From Kondoa subrosea (taxonomy: Eukaryota), in contig BCIN01000003.1 in the NCBI GenBank assembly GCA_039545335.1, forward strand, positions 806,001 through 870,000: DNA of 64,000 nt, given 5' to 3'. The notes below the pieces were generated by a model. It was not told where the DNA came from, searched no databases, and was given only the letters and a program-made list of their open reading frames with translations. A program made the translations under genes and the position numbers. Shown piece after piece: positions 50,344 through 63,216 of this stretch (its first letter is position 1; each line of letters opens with the position of its first letter).

Positions 50344-53300
50344 ATGTCAGAACTACGCTTCGACAATCGTGTGGTCATTATCACAGGCTCAGGAGGAGGC
50401 CTAGGCAAAGCGTGAGCCAGCAACTCATTGCTCCTGTGTTTGAATGTCTGACGTTGGTCGCCCTCCAGATATGCCACTCTGTTTGGTTCTCGAGGCGCTA
50501 AAGTGGTCGTCAACGATTTCAACAAGACCAACGCAGATGCTGTAGTAGCTGAGATCAAGAAAGCTGGAGGTCCGCTTGCAATCGGCTTAAGGCTCCTTTC
50601 TAAAGATGTTTGAGCTCATCTGTGATGAATAGGCGAGGCTTTTGCAAACTACGACAGCGTCACTAATGGCGCTGAGATCGTCAAGAAAGTCATGGACAAG
50701 TATGGACGTGTCGATGTAAGTCTCTCTTCCCCAGATTGCTGTCTCCGCATGTGAATATTTAAGCTGATTGATCATTCTAGGTACTTGTGTATGTCCTGGC
50801 TGTTACGTCTGAGCCTGTTCTGATAGAGACCTCAGTAACAATGCCGGTATTCTGCGAGATAAATCTTTCAAGGCCATGTCAGACAAAGAATGGGACGATG
50901 TCATCGATGTTCGTCTGCATTCCTGACTCTTTGTTTACTACTTATATCTATATCTACAGGTCCACGTCAAAGGCGCCTACTCAATCACCAAGGCGTGCTG
51001 GCCAATCTTCCGCAAACAGAAATTCGGTAGAATTATCAACACCGCAAGTGCAGCCGTGAGTCTCCTCTTCCAAGCTGTTGCCTTCAGGCTCACATCATAC
51101 TCAGGGTATCTATGGCTCCTTTGGTCAAGCAAACTACTCCAGCGCGAAATTCGGTCTGGTTTCCTTTGCCTACACATTAGCGAAAGAAGGTGTCAAATAC
51201 AACATCAATGCTAATGCTATTGCACCTATCGCTGCATCTCCAATGACTGGTATACACACTTTCTCTTTGTTGAGCGACTATTACTGATGAATTCATCGAA
51301 CAGAAACTATCATGCCTAAAGATGTTTTGGAAAACTTGAAACCAGGCCACGTAGCACCAGTAGTCGCTTATCTCTGCCACGAATCATGCAAAGAAACTGG
51401 AGGACTCTTCGAAACCGGTGCTGGTTGGACTGGTGTTCTTCGATGGGAACAAAGCAAAGGTGGAATCTTCAAAGTCGATGACTCTTTCACTCCTTCAGCT
51501 GTACGTGCACTTCGGTTCGCCAGTCATTTCTCTGACTGGAGGCGGTTTGTGTACTGCAGGTTGCTGCTAAATTCAACGAAATTTGCGATTTCACTCATGT
51601 CACCCATCCAAAGAACGGCGACTCTAGTAAACAGGTTCGTACGATAGCAGGCCGGCTGAAGTATTAGCTAAACTTTCGGAACCGTCGAACAGGAAGCTGC
51701 CGAGAAAGCCGAATCTATGCCACCGAATAAGCAAGGACCAAAGATCGATTACACTGGCAAAGTTGTTGTCGTTACTGGTGCAGGAGGAGGAATTGGTCGA
51801 GCTTACGCCCTTCTGTTCGCTAAACTCGGAGCGAGCGTCGTCGTCAATGATTACAGCGAGAAGAATGCTACCGCTGTATTAGAGGAAATCAAAAAAGGTG
51901 CAGTGGTTTTCCGCATTGCAATTCACTTTGCTAACGGTGTATAAATCCATGCACAGCTGGAGGCAAAGCAGTCATCTCTACTGATTCAGTCGAAAATGGT
52001 GAAGTCATCATCAAGAAAGCAATGGATTCTTTCGGCGCCGTTCATGTACTCATCAACAATGCCGGTATTCTCCGTGACAAGTCTTTCACTGCTATGACTG
52101 AAAAGGAATGGGACGATGTGATGAACGTGAGCTTTCTGTCGTCCTGTCGTTCGTGAATATCGCTGATATGATGGACTAGATCCATTTGAGAGGTGCTTAT
52201 GCTACTACTCATGCTGCCTGGCCAATCATGCAAAAGCAGAAATACGGACGTGTGAGTTTGGCTTCAGTTCTGCTTTAGGGCAATACCTGAATTTCTTGAT
52301 CACAGATCATCAACACTTCTTCCGTTTCCGGTATTTATGGCAACTTTGGTATGTGTACTCGTTGTCTAGCTAGAAGCGTATGACTAATCAGAAGATTGCT
52401 TATAGGTCAAGCCAATTACGCGACTGCCAAATCTGCTTTGATCGGTTTCACCAAGACTCTAGCACTTGAAGGCAAGAAGTACGGTATCATTGCCAACTGT
52501 GTTGCTCCAACAGCAGGAACAGCAATGACTGCTACTATTTGGGGCAAAGACCAACTCGACTACTACAAGCCTGATTTCCTTGCTCCTTTCACTGCTTTCC
52601 TCGCTTCCGATGTCAACACTAGCTCAGGAGGCTTGTATGAGATTTCGCGTGGATGGTCTGCTAAGTTCAGATGGCAAAGGACCGCTGGTTATGCTGTGGG
52701 TGTTGCTCTGCATCTTGCATGTTGGATTTGCTTAATTGTATTGCAACCTCACAGTTCTCGAACAAGACTTTCGCTACTCCTGATCAGATCAAGGCGAAAT
52801 GGGATGTAATTACTCGCTTCGGTGAGCAGTCTCTTGCCATTGCACAACATCAGGCTTATTGTGTTCCTAGATGCCAAATCGCAACATCCTGAAACTAACC
52901 AAGAAGGAACAGCAATGATCATGGCTAACATGGGTGCTGAACAAGACGCAGTTTCAGATGATCAAGCCATTGATACTTCCGATCCTGAAGACTCAGATCT
53001 CGTTGTCAAAGCAAAGAATCGCGGTGTTTTCAAGAGCGAATTCTCTTACACTGAACGCGACTGTATGCTGTACAACTTGGGTATTGGAGCATCAGCGCAA
53101 GAACTTCAATACACTTTCGAAGGCAACAAGGATTTCCAAGTTATCCCTACTTTCGGTGTCATTCCTCAATTCTCTGTTTCCAGTGGTATGCCTTGTGAGT
53201 CCTTTCTCTGTCTCGCATGAATCATTTGCTCATGTCACAACAGTGGATTGGCTACCAAATTTCAGCCCTGTATGTTTCAAAGCTGATACTTCTTACTTCG

Positions 53301-54166
53301 ATTGACTTTGATCGCAGATGATGTTGCTACACGGAGAACAATACTTGTCGATCAAGAAGCAAGTACCTACCAATGCAACATTGAGGAATGAATGCAGACT
53401 ACTAGAAGTGCTCGACAAAGGTTTGTATACGCACATAGTCGGCTTTCTCTAGAGCTGACTTCACGGTGTTCAAACAGGCAAGGCTGCTTCGGTCACGACT
53501 CGCGTAGACTCGTACGAAAAGGATTCTGGCGAACTTCTCTTCCACAACACTAGCACGACCTTCATTCGAGGAGCAGGTGGATTTGGAGGCAAGCGTACCG
53601 GGAAAGATCGCGGACCAGCTACTGCAGTCAACAAGCCACCTAGCCGTGCTCCTGATGCTGTTGCAGAGTTCAAGACTACTGAAGCTCAAGCTGCTATTTA
53701 TCGGTGAGTGGAAGTAGATGTCACTTTAGCTTCATGCTGATTCAGTGTCTTCTCTATTCACAGACTAAGCGGAGACTACAACCCTCTTCACATCGATCCT
53801 GAATTCGCAGCAGTGGGAGGCTTCAAATCACCTATCGTATGTCGAAAGGCTCTGCATTAGCAACAACGTTCACTTACGTCCGTGCTCTCTGGCTTAGTTA
53901 CATGGACTCTGCTTCTTCGGAATTGCTGGCAAGGCTGTTATTAAGCAATACGGTATGATCAAGGACATCAAAGTTCGATTCGCTGGATCTCTTTACCCTG
54001 GTGAAACTTGTGTGACTTCTATGTGGAAAGAGGGTGACAAAGTAATCTTCAGTGAGTGTCTCTGTGCTGCCGGATTATTGAATGCTAACGTGTTGTGGAT
54101 TCAGCTGCAACATGCAAAGAAAGAAATACTGTTATCTTGTCCAGCGCAGCTGCGACTCTTGCTTGA
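50344..54166 (+). CDS. FOX2: Peroxisomal multifunctional beta-oxidation enzyme (SDR-SDR-hydratase 2)
   Basis: Two SDR domains (TGSGGGLG / [24 protein letters not shown]). Hydratase-2 motifs: [27 protein letters not shown]. About 21 introns. Confidence 0.97.
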
Positions 54167-54320
54167 TTCGGTATAGGAAATGTATCAGTGTATCGATGCC
54201 ATGCAATACCAGACTTGTCTATAGATCTCTCTTTTATTCGCGTCACGTTCTGGTTGTGTTTCAGAAGTATTTGAAAAATCTTTTTTTGTGTCTTCCTCTT
54301 GTCTTACACACAAGCACAAC

Positions 54321-55549
54321 ATGAGCGATTCCACATCACCTGCTGAACTCTATGCCATGACTATGGCTCAAGAGCGCGAGATAGGTATGCCTCTATCCGA
54401 CCTGCATGAATTTATGCTGATGCTTGCATTGAAGTTTCTCAAGCGTTCCCTAAAGGCGCTGAAGGTTGGTTGCATATACAATGGCTACAGATTAACTCAC
54501 TCATCGGTGAACAATGCACAGGTATCCTCAAAGTACGCGACATGGAGAAGAAAGCTACTTTGGAACTTCGTTCGTCTTGACTGCTTTTGTAGAGCCTGCA
54601 TGAGCTAACAGAGTATGTAGTGAAGACCAAATATTCTAGTCTGAAGCCTAGCTGGGAACAAAGGCGCGAGGCACTGAAGGCTGCCGCGGTTGACGATTTG
54701 TGCGTGATCCTCTCTCATCAGAAGCGTGCTTAAGCTGATCTCTCTGTCTCGATAGCTGGCTCGAAGTCGTAAGCCTTTGCGACTGTCATTTCACAAAACT
54801 GCTGACACCGCTCACAGATGAAGAAACACAATGCCATGTCACAAATTGTCGACTCTGCAGATTTTGAAGCTCTATCGGCGCTGCGTGATCTTTGGATTGA
54901 ATACAAGAGCGATCCAAGAGAGTTCGATATTACTTTTGTATTTGCTCTCTTCTCGTCTCGCTTTTCAATGTATACTAATTCTCGATTTCTAGACCTTTGA
55001 CTCTGATAAAAACCCATACTTCAGCAACAAGACTCTGACAAAATCTTTCACCCTCGTCAAATCCCTACCTGAAGGAACATCAGATGACATCAAGAACATG
55101 CGTGATATGGATTGCGATTACCCAATCGAGTCTTCAGTCGTTACCATTGATTGGAAATCGGACGACAAGAACCTGGTCAAGAAGAGTCCTAGGCCAGATA
55201 TGGCTGCGAAAGAAGAATTTGACGAATTTGACGGCTTAGGATCTTTCTTCAGTCAGTGACTCTATTCGAAGATTGTGAGACAAGGCTAACCGAGCTGTTG
55301 AACAGACTTCTTCACAGAAGAGAAAGATCTTCTCGATGTTTCTGAACATCTGGTCGAACTCTTCATTGATGCTATTGATATTTACTGCAACCCTACAGCT
55401 GGTGATGAGGATGAAGATTCAGACATTGAAGATCTCAATGCTGAAATCGATATCGAGAATTCCGAGGATGAAAAGCCAAAGAGTCAGTGATTGGCTTTTT
55501 CTTCTGGCTGTCTCTGACTTTTTGGACAGAGAGGGCTCGCAAGAATTGA
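54321..55549 (+). CDS. NAP/SET-family histone chaperone
   Basis: DFEALSALRDLWIE, FDITF|TF...NPYFSNKTLTK, IDWKSDDKNL, GSFF|NFF, acidic tail and a terminal KRARKN NLS-like motif. Confidence 0.85.
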
Positions 55550-55777
55550 AAAGGGCATCCGTAAAGGGTCTAATAATACCGAGAGCATATATATTCTACC
55601 AATTCTACGTTCAGTTGTCGGCTTTGATCTATCATATCTGCCTTCTTCCTTTCAGCTACTAGCTCGTTTACTCTGTCGTATCGCACGCCTCATTCAATCT
55701 ACTCTCCTCGAACTCTGATCTACACATGCTTGAGTAGTGCAAAAAGGCAAGTTTCATCCTGGTTACTCACTTTAACC

Positions 55778-57392
55778 TCATGCTGCTTTCATCTGCCCGC
55801 CTGTGGTGTAGATTTCCCTAGTGATTGGTCCAAACCAACGTCCCTCATCTGCCTCGCGATAATTGAATTGGACTGTACCATCTCGCTCTCCTCGAACGGC
55901 ATAAATATTCGCAAAAGGCTTAGGAAAATGCGAGTTCAGAACATTCTGAAAGCTGACAACCATGCCGTCCGGTAAGTTGCGTGACATTTGAGCGAGATCT
56001 TCAGCCATTAAAACTTTGCACGACATTTCCTGCTCCGATTTAATTGTGTGCTCGCCCCAAGCACACAATCCCAAACCAGAACCAAATATATTTCTGTCAA
56101 TATCAGCATCCAGCATTGCTCCAAAGGTATATGTGCGTAAAGAAGGAAATGTCTCCCTGGAGAAGAAACCAAGTTGTACTGAGCTGAAAGGTCTATTTGA
56201 GCCGGGATATAAGAAATAGTCGTCAAAGAGGGTATGATTGAGAATGGTAATATCAAGGAGATGCTTGCATGTTTCTGAAGCAGGAAAGAACTGCGCCATA
56301 TGATTGCAGAACTGCTCGTGAAAATTGGTTCCAGCAGGTGCAGTAGATTTGTACATTTCCGCGAACGAGAGATGTAAGTGTTGTAGCGATGGAAAAAGCC
56401 AAGATATGCTGCTGCAGAAGTGATTCCCGTATGTCAGTCCCTCTAGATATATCGCGGTAAGGCCTATGTGAGGTCGCAAATGCGGAAGACATTCGACCAG
56501 CCAGGCCAAAGCGCAACCATCAGCACCATCCCCATTGGACTTCCGAAAGTGGAGCGCCATTTTGCGGAGTTGAGGGAAATTTTCTAGAAATCGACGAACT
56601 GGAACCAGGAATTCTCGTCCGCATCGTGCCAATAAGGAAAGTGACGAGACTTTACTGATCGTCCACCCCATTGCGCGCTCTGACATGGACCAAGCTTCAG
56701 ACAAATTGATTGATTGGCTGAGTATTGGCTGAGGCAGTGCAAGGTATTGCAATTTTGGGCCACCCATCAGCATCTTTAGCAAGAAATCTGTTAAGAAATC
56801 TTCATCTCTAGCTGCAAAAGTGCTGTATGACAGCCATCGCATGCTTTGAAAGAAGGGAGTATTGCGGATTTGTTCAGCAGATAGAGGTGGAGGAGGTCGA
56901 TTGTCCAGATCTTGCAATTCCGTTGGACTGATCCACCTTGCCGCCCTTGCGTCAAGCCATGACAGAGAGTAAAGAATATTCACTCGCTCAATGCAGATGA
57001 ATTGATTCAGGAAATGTACGTCGGTTTTGATGTCCCCGGACGTGTCCACAAGCTTGGGACGTCCCCGGTCAGCTACTATCGTTTCTTTCAGATGCCAGTT
57101 CAATTCGCGAACATAATTTGCATAATGCGGTTTGTCTTGGAGAGTACGCATAAATCGCTGATTGTCGCGATCCTTTACATCGACGGCAACATATAGGTGC
57201 GGTATACCAGCCAAGTGAAAAGCATCTAGAATGAGGGACGACATGCGTAAGCGAAAAATACATGCAACAAAAATACATGAGGTACTTACGGGAAGTCTTC
57301 ATCAGCCGGTTTATTACTGACGGTCTCTTGGGCGAAGACAGAGCTACTTCTTCCATGATTTGGCACAATATATCGAAAGGCATTTCGGGCAT
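55778..57392 (-). CDS. F-box-like / LRR protein
   Basis: MPEMPFDILCQIMEEV, an early intron, PHYANYVRELNW and LxxLxL repeats (LQYLAL, LRKMAL, LQHLHL). Confidence 0.7.
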
Positions 57393-57610
57393 GTTTGGCT
57401 GAGAAAGACCTGAGATGCCTTCTACAGCTAATCAGATGTTACGCACTTGGCTCTGTTTCATGGTTGACGCGAAAAAAAGAGGAGCAAGGAGAGGAATAAC
57501 GCTAAAATGGAAAAGCATTCAGAGAGACGCCTTAATGAGAGAAACGCAATATACGGCCACGCAGCATTCACTGTGTTCCTGAGCAACTGCTGATGACCCG
57601 TCCTTTTAGC

Positions 57611-57936
57611 TTATCCACCACTAACAGGCGGAATCACAGCAACCGTGTCTCCTTGACTGAGCATTGTCGAGCTTTCATCTTCCCTCATTACAATCTCCTC
57701 GTTCAAGCTCCAAGCACTTCTAGTCATAGTTTGTTGGAACTCTTCGTTATCCACGTATCTCTTAAGCAACAGAGAGCTGAGATCAGCGAGACTGCATTGC
57801 GAAGGCACCGAAAGTGATTCGGATGATATCTGGATGGAAGTGCGCGCTCCTGCGAAATACAGGACAGTGATCTAGAGAAAGGATCAGTGATGCCAGCTGC
57901 ACATGTATGCCTGAGATTCACGTTGATTTCAGACAT
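57611..57936 (-). CDS. MOCS2A: Molybdopterin synthase sulfur-carrier (small) subunit, MoaD/ThiS fold
   Basis: MSEIN|ITVLYFAGAR... ending GDTVAVIPPVSGG* with the C-terminal GG. Confidence 0.92.
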
Positions 57937-58157
57937 TATTGTTGGTTATCAAGATGATAAAGGTCTGCACATTGGCCCGCGACTGATGGTGTCGGAATCA
58001 AAGCAGGCCAGCAGTAGCTTCTGGTAATATGCATTCGCGTACAAATCTGCTATACAATACCTCGAGCTTCTGTGGAGACCTTATTGTCAACATATTACGT
58101 AAGACAAGTTGAGCATCTGGTGCATTAAGCCAATGCGTTGCAATTGTTATGCAGTCT

Positions 58158-58900
58158 CTACAGCGACTTTGGTAAGTGTAGAAAAGGTGGAAGAAGCTCT
58201 GTCGCGAATATGAGACGGGTCAGGGCAAAGAAGCTGTAGGGATTACCTCCATTGAATTTCTTGAACATCGCACCAACACTTGCGCCATGCGAATAATCCT
58301 TCTCGTTCCACATATCCTTATGATACTTGATCTTGAGTTCTCCTTCTTCCTCAGCGGTAACAAGCGTGATAAGATGCTCGACCTCTTTCGAACCTAGCAC
58401 GCTGTTCTCGAAGACCGTCTTGAACTTCATTATGATCTGCAATTAAGATGAGTCAAGGTTTTGCGATCATGTACTGCAATTGACTGGATCTTCCTTCACT
58501 ACTTCATATTCTAGCACTTCCGTTCTGATGTATAAAATCAGACAGACCACAGCGACAGATTCTGGACATACCTCTTGAAGCACTTAGGTAAAGCATACCA
58601 TTGTCCAGCAATCTTCCGCCGAGCTAAATCATGAATTACAACCACAACTCTGCTCGGTTTGCTAGCGGACTCACTATCGCAAAAGCTAAGCGGGTCATCA
58701 TACACGGATTCCTTTGCATAGTGGAGCATAGCTTCTTCTGACACTCTCGACGAGTATACAGCGATCACAGCATCTACTAAAGCTTGACGTTCCGGCGAAA
58801 GCTTGATCGAATTGGCAGGGTTAGGCGTGTAAGGAGTATATTCTGATCCGTCTGTCCGAGGTTCGAAAGCTCTTAACGGTGTCTTGTGTACATCTGGCAT
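58158..58900 (-). CDS. SnoaL/NTF2-like protein
   Basis: HYAKESVYDDPLSFC, IAGQWYALPKCF, KIKYHKDMWN. Confidence 0.75.
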
Positions 58901-59158
58901 AATGGAGATCGTTGTTTGAGAGCAAACATTGATGACGATATAAGCAAGGACAAGGAGCATTCAAAGCCACATGGCATAGCAGCAAGAGATCAGATGGACA
59001 GCAAGACTGTCGGCCTGTCGGCTGAGGCTGAGAAGCGAACCAGACGAAGAGCGAGATTCGAAGCCAGCAGATTGCCGAGAAGTGACCATACCCAAGAGAA
59101 CGATACCAGGCCTTGCTAGGAGTATATCCAGAGTGCTCTGTAAGACCTCTGTCGACTC

Positions 59159-61713
59159 ATGTTATACCGCTCTTTGCGAGTTCACACGATCTTTGGTGCA
59201 AACACAGAAATTGGCAAGACCATCTTCAGCACTGCATTATGTCGCGCAAGCTTGGCTGCAGGTGAAAAGGTCTCGTATCTCAAGCCTGTTGGGACAGGAG
59301 ACAGCTCAGAAGGAGATGACGGGTGAGATCTTGGTTCAGAGCATGAAATGAGTTCATGCAGACAACCTGTTTGAAGGCATGTGGCTCGCTATACTCGCAC
59401 AAATGATCTAGAATTGGCTCGGAACGCTTGTCTCTTCCGTTTCCAAGAGCCTGTGAGCCCTCATTTGGCTGTGGAGCGAGATAGGGCAGCAGGAAGTTCA
59501 GCTTCCGTATGTCTAGGTCGTCTTTTGGCTACTTGTACTGATCTAGATTACAGATACCAACCGATCAAGAGTTCTCTAAAGCTGTTAGAAGCTTTGCAGA
59601 TAAATGTCTTTCGCCGGATCGCCAGCGACAATCACTTTATATCGAGACAGCTGGAGGTCAGTTACAGGCCAACCGCTTTCAATCGGTAGTCTTATCATCT
59701 CACAGGCGTTCACAGTCCAACTCTGTCGGGATCAAGTCAAGTAGATGCTTATCGACCTCTTCTCAACCCCATCGTTCTCATTGCTTCTCCTCATCTCGGA
59801 GGTATATCGACTACAATATCAGCATACGAGTCTCTTCTCCTGAGAGGCTACAAAGTCGATGCTGTTCTTTGCTTCAAAGAAGACTACTACGCAAACTGGG
59901 CTTACCTTGCAAAGTACTTCGCCAAAGAATCCAATGTCTCATTCGCAAGTGTTCAATCACCTCCAGGAGTGAATCGAGATATCGAAGTGGATCGTCAGAA
60001 CATGCACAAATATTATGCTCAGCTCTCATGTTCCGACGGAGAAATTTCGTCCGTTGTGGAAAGCTTGCAAGGTGCACATCTTGCTCGGCTGTCAGATTTG
60101 GATACCTCAGCTACAAGAACGTTACAACATGTGTGGTGGCCTTTCGTTCAGCATGCCGATATCAAAAGTACCAAACAAGTTCAAGTCATTGACAGTGCTC
60201 AAGGCGATCTTTTCTCCGTCTTCTCTCCTAACTCTTCTTCTAACAACCTGCTCACCGATACGTTCGATGCTTCTGCTTCTTGGTGGACTCAATGTCTCGG
60301 TCATGCGTACCCAGATCTGGTGTTAGCTATGGCTCAAGCAGCAGGTCGCTATGGTCATGTTATTTTCCCTACATCCACCAATAAACCAGCTCTAGATTTG
60401 ACTGAAAAGCTACTAGCGACAGTAGGCAAGAATTGGGCATCTAGAGTCTTTTTCTCCGATGATGGGTCTACAGCAACCGAAGTCGGTATCAAGATGGCCT
60501 TACATGCGTATGCGAAAGAAAACAAGATCTCAGATGAAGAGAAACCTTTCCTTGGTATACTTGGATTAAAGGGAAGTTATCATGGTGATACAATTGGTGC
60601 AATGGATGCTTCTGAGCCTAGCGTGTACAGCAAGTCTGTTGAATGGTATAGAGGAAGAGGATATTGGTTTGATCCGCCCGCAGTAAAGATCAAGAATGGT
60701 CGTGTTATTGTACAAGGGGAATTGGCAGAAGAAACCTCTTTTGAAGACTTGAATCAAGTATACAACGTGGAAGCAAGGCTCTTTTCTCCTTTGGCGAAAT
60801 ATTATAGAGATACAATTCTACAAACTTTGGAGCGAATAAATCAAGGTCCGAAAGCAATCAAATTCGGCGCACTTGTTCTTGAACCTGTTGTGATGGGTGC
60901 AGCGGGAATGATCTTCGTTGATCCACTCTTTCAAAGAGTACTAGTTGATACGATCCGCTCTCCAGAAGCTAAACCTTTCCTTTCTCCCTCTTCTGCGCAA
61001 GAGAAGTCCTTCTCGTGCAAGAAGTCCTGGTCAAACCTCCCAGTCCTTTTTGATGAAGTCTTCACCGGTCTCCATCGAGTCGGACCAGTCTCTTCTTCTC
61101 ATCTTTTGGGTGTCTCACCCGATATCGGCTGTTTCGCTAAAATTCTCACCGGCGGAATGTTGCCTATGTCGGTTACTTTAGCAAGCGAATCCATCTTTGA
61201 ATCGTATTTGGGAGAAAAGAAGACAGATGCTTTATTACATGGTCATTCTTACACTGCACACCCTATAGGTTGTGCTGTCGCGAATAAAACGCTTGATATA
61301 CTCAGTAATATGGATTTCGGTCAGGAGAAATCGACTTGGGGAGTACAGAATGAAGGCGCTTGGAGTAGATGGGGTAAAGATGTCGTATTGGAACTTTCTC
61401 AACTGGAGAAGGTGGAAGGAGTAATGGCTTTGGGTACTGTATTAAGTGTACAACTCGGAGGCGCAGAAGGTAATGAGTTTTCTTGCATTCCGATTAAAGA
61501 CTCTCATACTCATGTGTACCTGCAGGCTACCTATCCTCTTCTGCAGCAGATCTTCTACTCAAAGTCGATCAAGAACTCAAGCGCGATGCAGAAACTCCAA
61601 CAGCAATTCATGGTCGAACACTAGGTTCTGTCTTATACTTTATGTGTTCCCTCAATACACCAGTATCAACATTACGAAAACTCGAACAAGCCCTTTTATC
61701 CTCTTTACGCTAA
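59159..61713 (+). CDS. BIO3-BIO1: Bifunctional dethiobiotin synthetase / DAPA aminotransferase
   Basis: BioD part: FGANTEIGKT, YLKPV, PVSPHLA, IETAGG|VHSP, LGGISTT. BioA part: WWPFVQH, DASASWWTQ, FSDDGST, YHGDT, DEVFTG, AKILTGG, HGHSY. Confidence 0.96.
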
Positions 61714-61723
61714 TTCCTTTAAC

Positions 61724-63103
61724 TTACAATCTCGGTCGATTCAACCACTCTTTTACTGCCAATACCAACCCATTCACTTGATCAAAAGTATTGTTTGCAT
61801 GTAAACATATTCTCACTCTTTCGCTTGATCGAGGTACTGTAGGGTAACAAATTGGTCGCACGAGAAAACCTCGATCATTGAGGTGTTTGGCTAGAAGTCG
61901 AGGATGTGAAGTGATGATCGGTATGATTGGCGTAGGAAGAAGTGGTGGATCCGGTAAGGAACATTCAGAGGAAGAAGGGATGAAAGTGTTGAGCTGGGAA
62001 AGAAGATGTGAAGAGAGGTTATGTAGATTCGTTCGAGCTGAATCGGCTAAACCTTGCTTGAGATGATTCAGGGAGCATTGGATGGCTGTTACACTCAGAT
62101 GAGAAAGGGATGTTGAGTAGATAAAAGGACGGCTGTAGTTTATGAGGTAGTTGCGAATAGATGGATGAGCCAGAACAACAGCTGTGTTCGTGTCTGCATA
62201 AGCGCGCGAAGAAAAAGAAGCATAGAAGCTGACCTCCTCCACATGACATCGCCTTGCCAAAGGTATGTAAGCGAATGAAGATCTTATCCTCAAGCCCATA
62301 TTGCGCTACAAGTCCTCGTCCGCATTTGCCATAAAGACCTGGTTAAGCAATATGGTTAGGAATCTCAAGATATTATAGAAAATATGTGACTAACCAGTGG
62401 AATGCGCTTCATCCACAATCAAATGAACATTTTTGTAATTGGAAACAGCGTCAACCAATTCCACCAGCGGCGCCAAGTCGCCGTCCATGCTATACAGACT
62501 TTCAACAGAGACGAATACATCTGCTTTGCCTTGTCGCAGCCGTTCTGACTCTTCTGTCTTGTTTGCGAATAAGGTTTCAAGTTGAGAAGATAGATCGGAT
62601 ATTGAATTGTGCTGGAATGGTATTCTTCTTTTGCACTTTGATTGTCTCATCTACTAGCGGATAATAGTCGGCTCATATTCGGTGTACTTAAAGGGAAGAG
62701 GAGCTACACCGTCATGCACACTCGCGTGAATAAACTCATCGTACAGCAATACATCATGTTCAGATAGTAAGAAGGAGAAGATCGAGACGTTTGCATCGAA
62801 GCCAGAGTTGAAGAGTAAACCCGATTGACCGCCAAAGAATTCGCAGAGTTCAGCTTCTACTCGAGCATGAGCTGAAGAATTACCGTCCAATAGGCGAGAA
62901 GAAGCCGGACCATAGATTGGCGAGGATTCATCAGAGGTCGATAGAGCAGCTATGAGTTGCTGCTTGAGTTGCAGTGACTTGGAGAGCGAGAGATAGTCAT
63001 TCGACGAGAAGTCAACCAAATTTGTGTCAGGCAAAGTCAGCTGTCGAAGCAGTGATCGAGTTTTCCGACTGGCGAGGCTCTGCTCTATTCTGTCCAGCAG
63101 CAT
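61724..63103 (-). CDS. bioF: 8-amino-7-oxononanoate (KAPA) synthase
   Basis: DFSSNDYL, SRLLDGN, FNSGFDAN, YDEFIHAS, VESLYSMDGD, VDEAHSTG, HTFGKA (PLP Lys), RPFIYST, RVRICLH. Ends PRL*. Alternative start at 63175. Confidence 0.96.
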
Positions 63104-63216
63104 CCAAGGCTCAGTGACCGTTGCTGAACAAACACCGAAGATATTTTGAAATCCGGTGTTCACTAAGACTGCCATTCATCGCTGTCTAGGCTGGGCTCCT
63201 TCGACCAACAGCAAGC

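Noticed and set aside
57400..57936. Bicistronic MOCS2A/MOCS2B arrangement as in animals
   Set aside because: No MoaE-like ORF overlaps or follows; the next gene is F-box-like.
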